Source: a virus
Taxonomy: Duplodnaviria; Heunggongvirae; Uroviricota; Caudoviricetes
IMG/VR virus record: IMGVR_UViG_3300006155_000234
DNA length: 64,000 bases
Direction: 5' to 3' (one strand)
The notes below the pieces were generated by a model, which did no database searches, was not told where the DNA came from, and worked only from the letters and a program-made list of their open reading frames with translations. Shown here piece by piece: positions 62,302 through 64,000 of the stretch. Numbering within the stretch: the first letter of the stretch is position 1; each line of letters opens with the position of its first letter. Position numbers and translations under genes: made by a program.

Positions 62302-62748
62302 TTATTTTCTTTCATCAGGTTCTCCACAGAATATACAGGTATTATCATTTCCATCCCATTTACATATACAATTTCCTATTGGACTTAATTCACAGCTCCA
62401 TTCTGAAAGAAATAAATCTTCTGAATTATCTATTTTAGAAAATAAATCTACAAAAAAATTATGATAATCTTGTTCTGCTTCATTTAATTTTTGTTCTGCT
62501 AATTCAAATATAATTTTTTTAGTATGTAAATTTGCTTTCTCCTTAGGCTCCAATTCATATTTATAAGTTTCTTCTATATACTCATCAGGTACTTTAAATC
62601 CTACTTCTTCATTCCATACATAACCATCTTTATCTATAATGTGCATGTGAAAATCAAATTTATCTCTCCACCCTAGATTTATATTATCTAAAAATTCATC
62701 ATTATCAGATTTATAAACATTAAATACTTTTACTTTTATCTTTTTCAA
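62302..62748 (-). CDS. Hypothetical protein with C-terminal Cys cluster
   Basis: C..SPIGNC..CIFCGEPDERK. Confidence 0.7.
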   Translation of the reverse strand: MKKIKVKVFNVYKSDNDEFLDNINLGWRDKFDFHMHIIDKDGYVWNEEVGFKVPDEYIEETYKYELEPKEKANLHTKKIIFELAEQKLNEAEQDYHNFFVDLFSKIDNSEDLFLSEWSCELSPIGNCICKWDGNDNTCIFCGEPDERK

Positions 62749-62995
62749 AATAATCTTCCTCCATTCCTAATATTTGCAATATCTCTTTAGGGTCTGTTTC
62801 ATAAAATACAGATATAGTATTTCCTTTATTATCTATATCAAATTCAAGTTCAAGTATATCATAGTGTTTCCCCTTATAATTTCTATGATGAACAGTTACA
62901 TTTTTTCCAATAAGAGATATAAGAGAGAAACCTTGATTTTCTCCATATACTATAATTTCTTCAGCTTGCTTCTTTAATATTCTATTTATTTTCAT
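62720..62995 (-). CDS. Hypothetical protein
   Basis: AAGGAG RBS before MKINRIL. Confidence 0.6.
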   Translation of the reverse strand: MKINRILKKQAEEIIVYGENQGFSLISLIGKNVTVHHRNYKGKHYDILELEFDIDNKGNTISVFYETDPKEILQILGMEEDYFEKDKSKSI

Positions 62996-63227
62996 ATTTA
63001 CCATCTCCTTCATATATTATATTTCCTGAAATGTCATTCCACTCACAATCACATCTCTTACATCTGTAACCTGATGCACCATACCCACTTCCACTTGATG
63101 TATGTATTGGTTTGCTATTTATATCATAAAAACCATCTTTGCCTATTTCATAATAATTAGTAGATATTTCTTCTAACCAATAATCTAATTTATCACAACC
63201 ACATTTAGGACATTTAATTCTATTCAT
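62982..63227 (-). CDS. Zn-ribbon protein
   Basis: CPKCG..CKRC; promoter at 63307. Confidence 0.7.
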   Translation of the reverse strand: MNRIKCPKCGCDKLDYWLEEISTNYYEIGKDGFYDINSKPIHTSSGSGYGASGYRCKRCDCEWNDISGNIIYEGDGKYENK

Positions 63228-63620
63228 AGTATTTCTTCCTTTCTATATGTTTAACATTTGTATTATCTACTATTTGTAATAGTATTATACTATAAGTTTT
63301 AAGATATGTCAAGCATTTTTTAAAATTTTTAAATAAATTTTAAAATATATCAAGTGAATTTATAAAAATGTTAATTTTGTAATATATATAAGTAAAATAT
63401 TAATGAGGCAGGAATACTTGCCTAATCTCAATAATAAGTTTTATGGTTTAGATTAAAGTAAGATATACAATATCTAACAATACTTTTGTATCTAGACCAT
63501 TTTATTTATAAGGGGATTTGCCTTCCTCTTTTCTCTCAATAGAAATATTGATAATCAGAAAAGAAAAAGTATGTAAAGAAATCAGGCACTTTACAAATAT
63601 GTATAAAGGAGGAACTTAAA

Positions 63621-63830
63621 ATGGCACAAAGAGATTTTTCAGCAGTAACAACTGCTACAATCAAAAATGCTGGTGCAAAACCTGTAGAAGTAAGATACTT
63701 CAAAGTTAATTTTCCAGAGGAATTACAACCTGAAGATGAAATCGTACTAACAGTTAAAACATCAGAAGAAGCTGCTTACTATGCTGCTCAAGAAAATGCT
63801 GAGTTAGGTATTGAAGTTACATTAGCTTAG
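63621..63830 (+). CDS. Small late (probably virion) protein
   Basis: AGGAGG RBS downstream of class B motif 63392. Confidence 0.7.
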   Translation: MAQRDFSAVTTATIKNAGAKPVEVRYFKVNFPEELQPEDEIVLTVKTSEEAAYYAAQENAELGIEVTLA

Positions 63831-63859
63831 TTTGAAATGTTAGTTAGGAGGTATGTTAC

Positions 63860-64000
63860 ATGAAAGTAACAGTTAAAAACCCTAGCAAAAAACCTATAAA
63901 TATTTCTAAACTTGCTCCTTTGATGCCAACACAGGTATTAAGTGTAAATGAGGAAATTGAAGTAAATGTTAGGGATATTGAAGGTGTTATGAAAAGGGCA
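63860..64000 (+). CDS. Partial late gene (runs off the window)
   Basis: AGGAGG RBS; MKVTVKNPSKKPINISKLAP.. open to the end. Confidence 0.65.
   Translation, partial: MKVTVKNPSKKPINISKLAPLMPTQVLSVNEEIEVNVRDIEGVMKRA

Noticed and set aside
224-62977. Many antisense or overlapping ORFs in the track (e.g. 224-616, 8859-9200, 18330-18797, 45384-45779, 52761-52982)
   Set aside because: Shadow frames of AT-rich genes: no RBS, S/L/F/I-rich composition, fully overlapping better-supported genes.
1-64000. CRISPR array, tRNA or rRNA genes
   Set aside because: No regularly spaced repeats; the structured intergenic regions lack recognisable T-loop/D-loop cloverleaf features.
1-64000. Stop-codon reassignment (code 4 or 15)
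   Set aside because: Long genes are intact in code 11 and both TAA and TAG end genes right before RBSs; the gene breaks are frame changes, not in-frame stops.

Overview
Very AT-rich segment of a large, T4-like myophage genome, probably infecting a low-GC Firmicute. The first ~1.19 kb is a bacterial uvrA fragment that breaks off mid-gene (prophage junction or chimeric join). The window holds a gp20-like portal, a ~13 kb cluster of acidic mosaic ORFs, two long tail-fibre/adhesin operons (22-43.6 kb), a holin, a gp21-like protease-scaffold, a gp23-like major capsid protein, a Hef-like endonuclease, a DNA methyltransferase, baseplate wedge genes and many small early genes. Two repeated promoter classes organise it: sigma70-type TTGACA-tattttaaaactta..-TATAAT, and a phage-specific late motif TAAAATATTAATGA (13 copies). 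Most notable: (1) four gene breaks in tail-fibre genes fall exactly on an in-frame CGG followed by A, and skipping that C (+1) restores the protein, suggesting a CGG(A) recoding system; (2) the acidic ORFs look like polyproteins of unrelated domains (nucleotidyltransferase, HD-like, two SAM-lyase-like, ferritin-like) joined by gp21-type cleavage linkers; (3) a dockerin is inserted in the baseplate wedge; (4) several promoter-terminator units have no ORF and are sRNA candidates. All family calls come from motif recognition by eye; no database searches were run.
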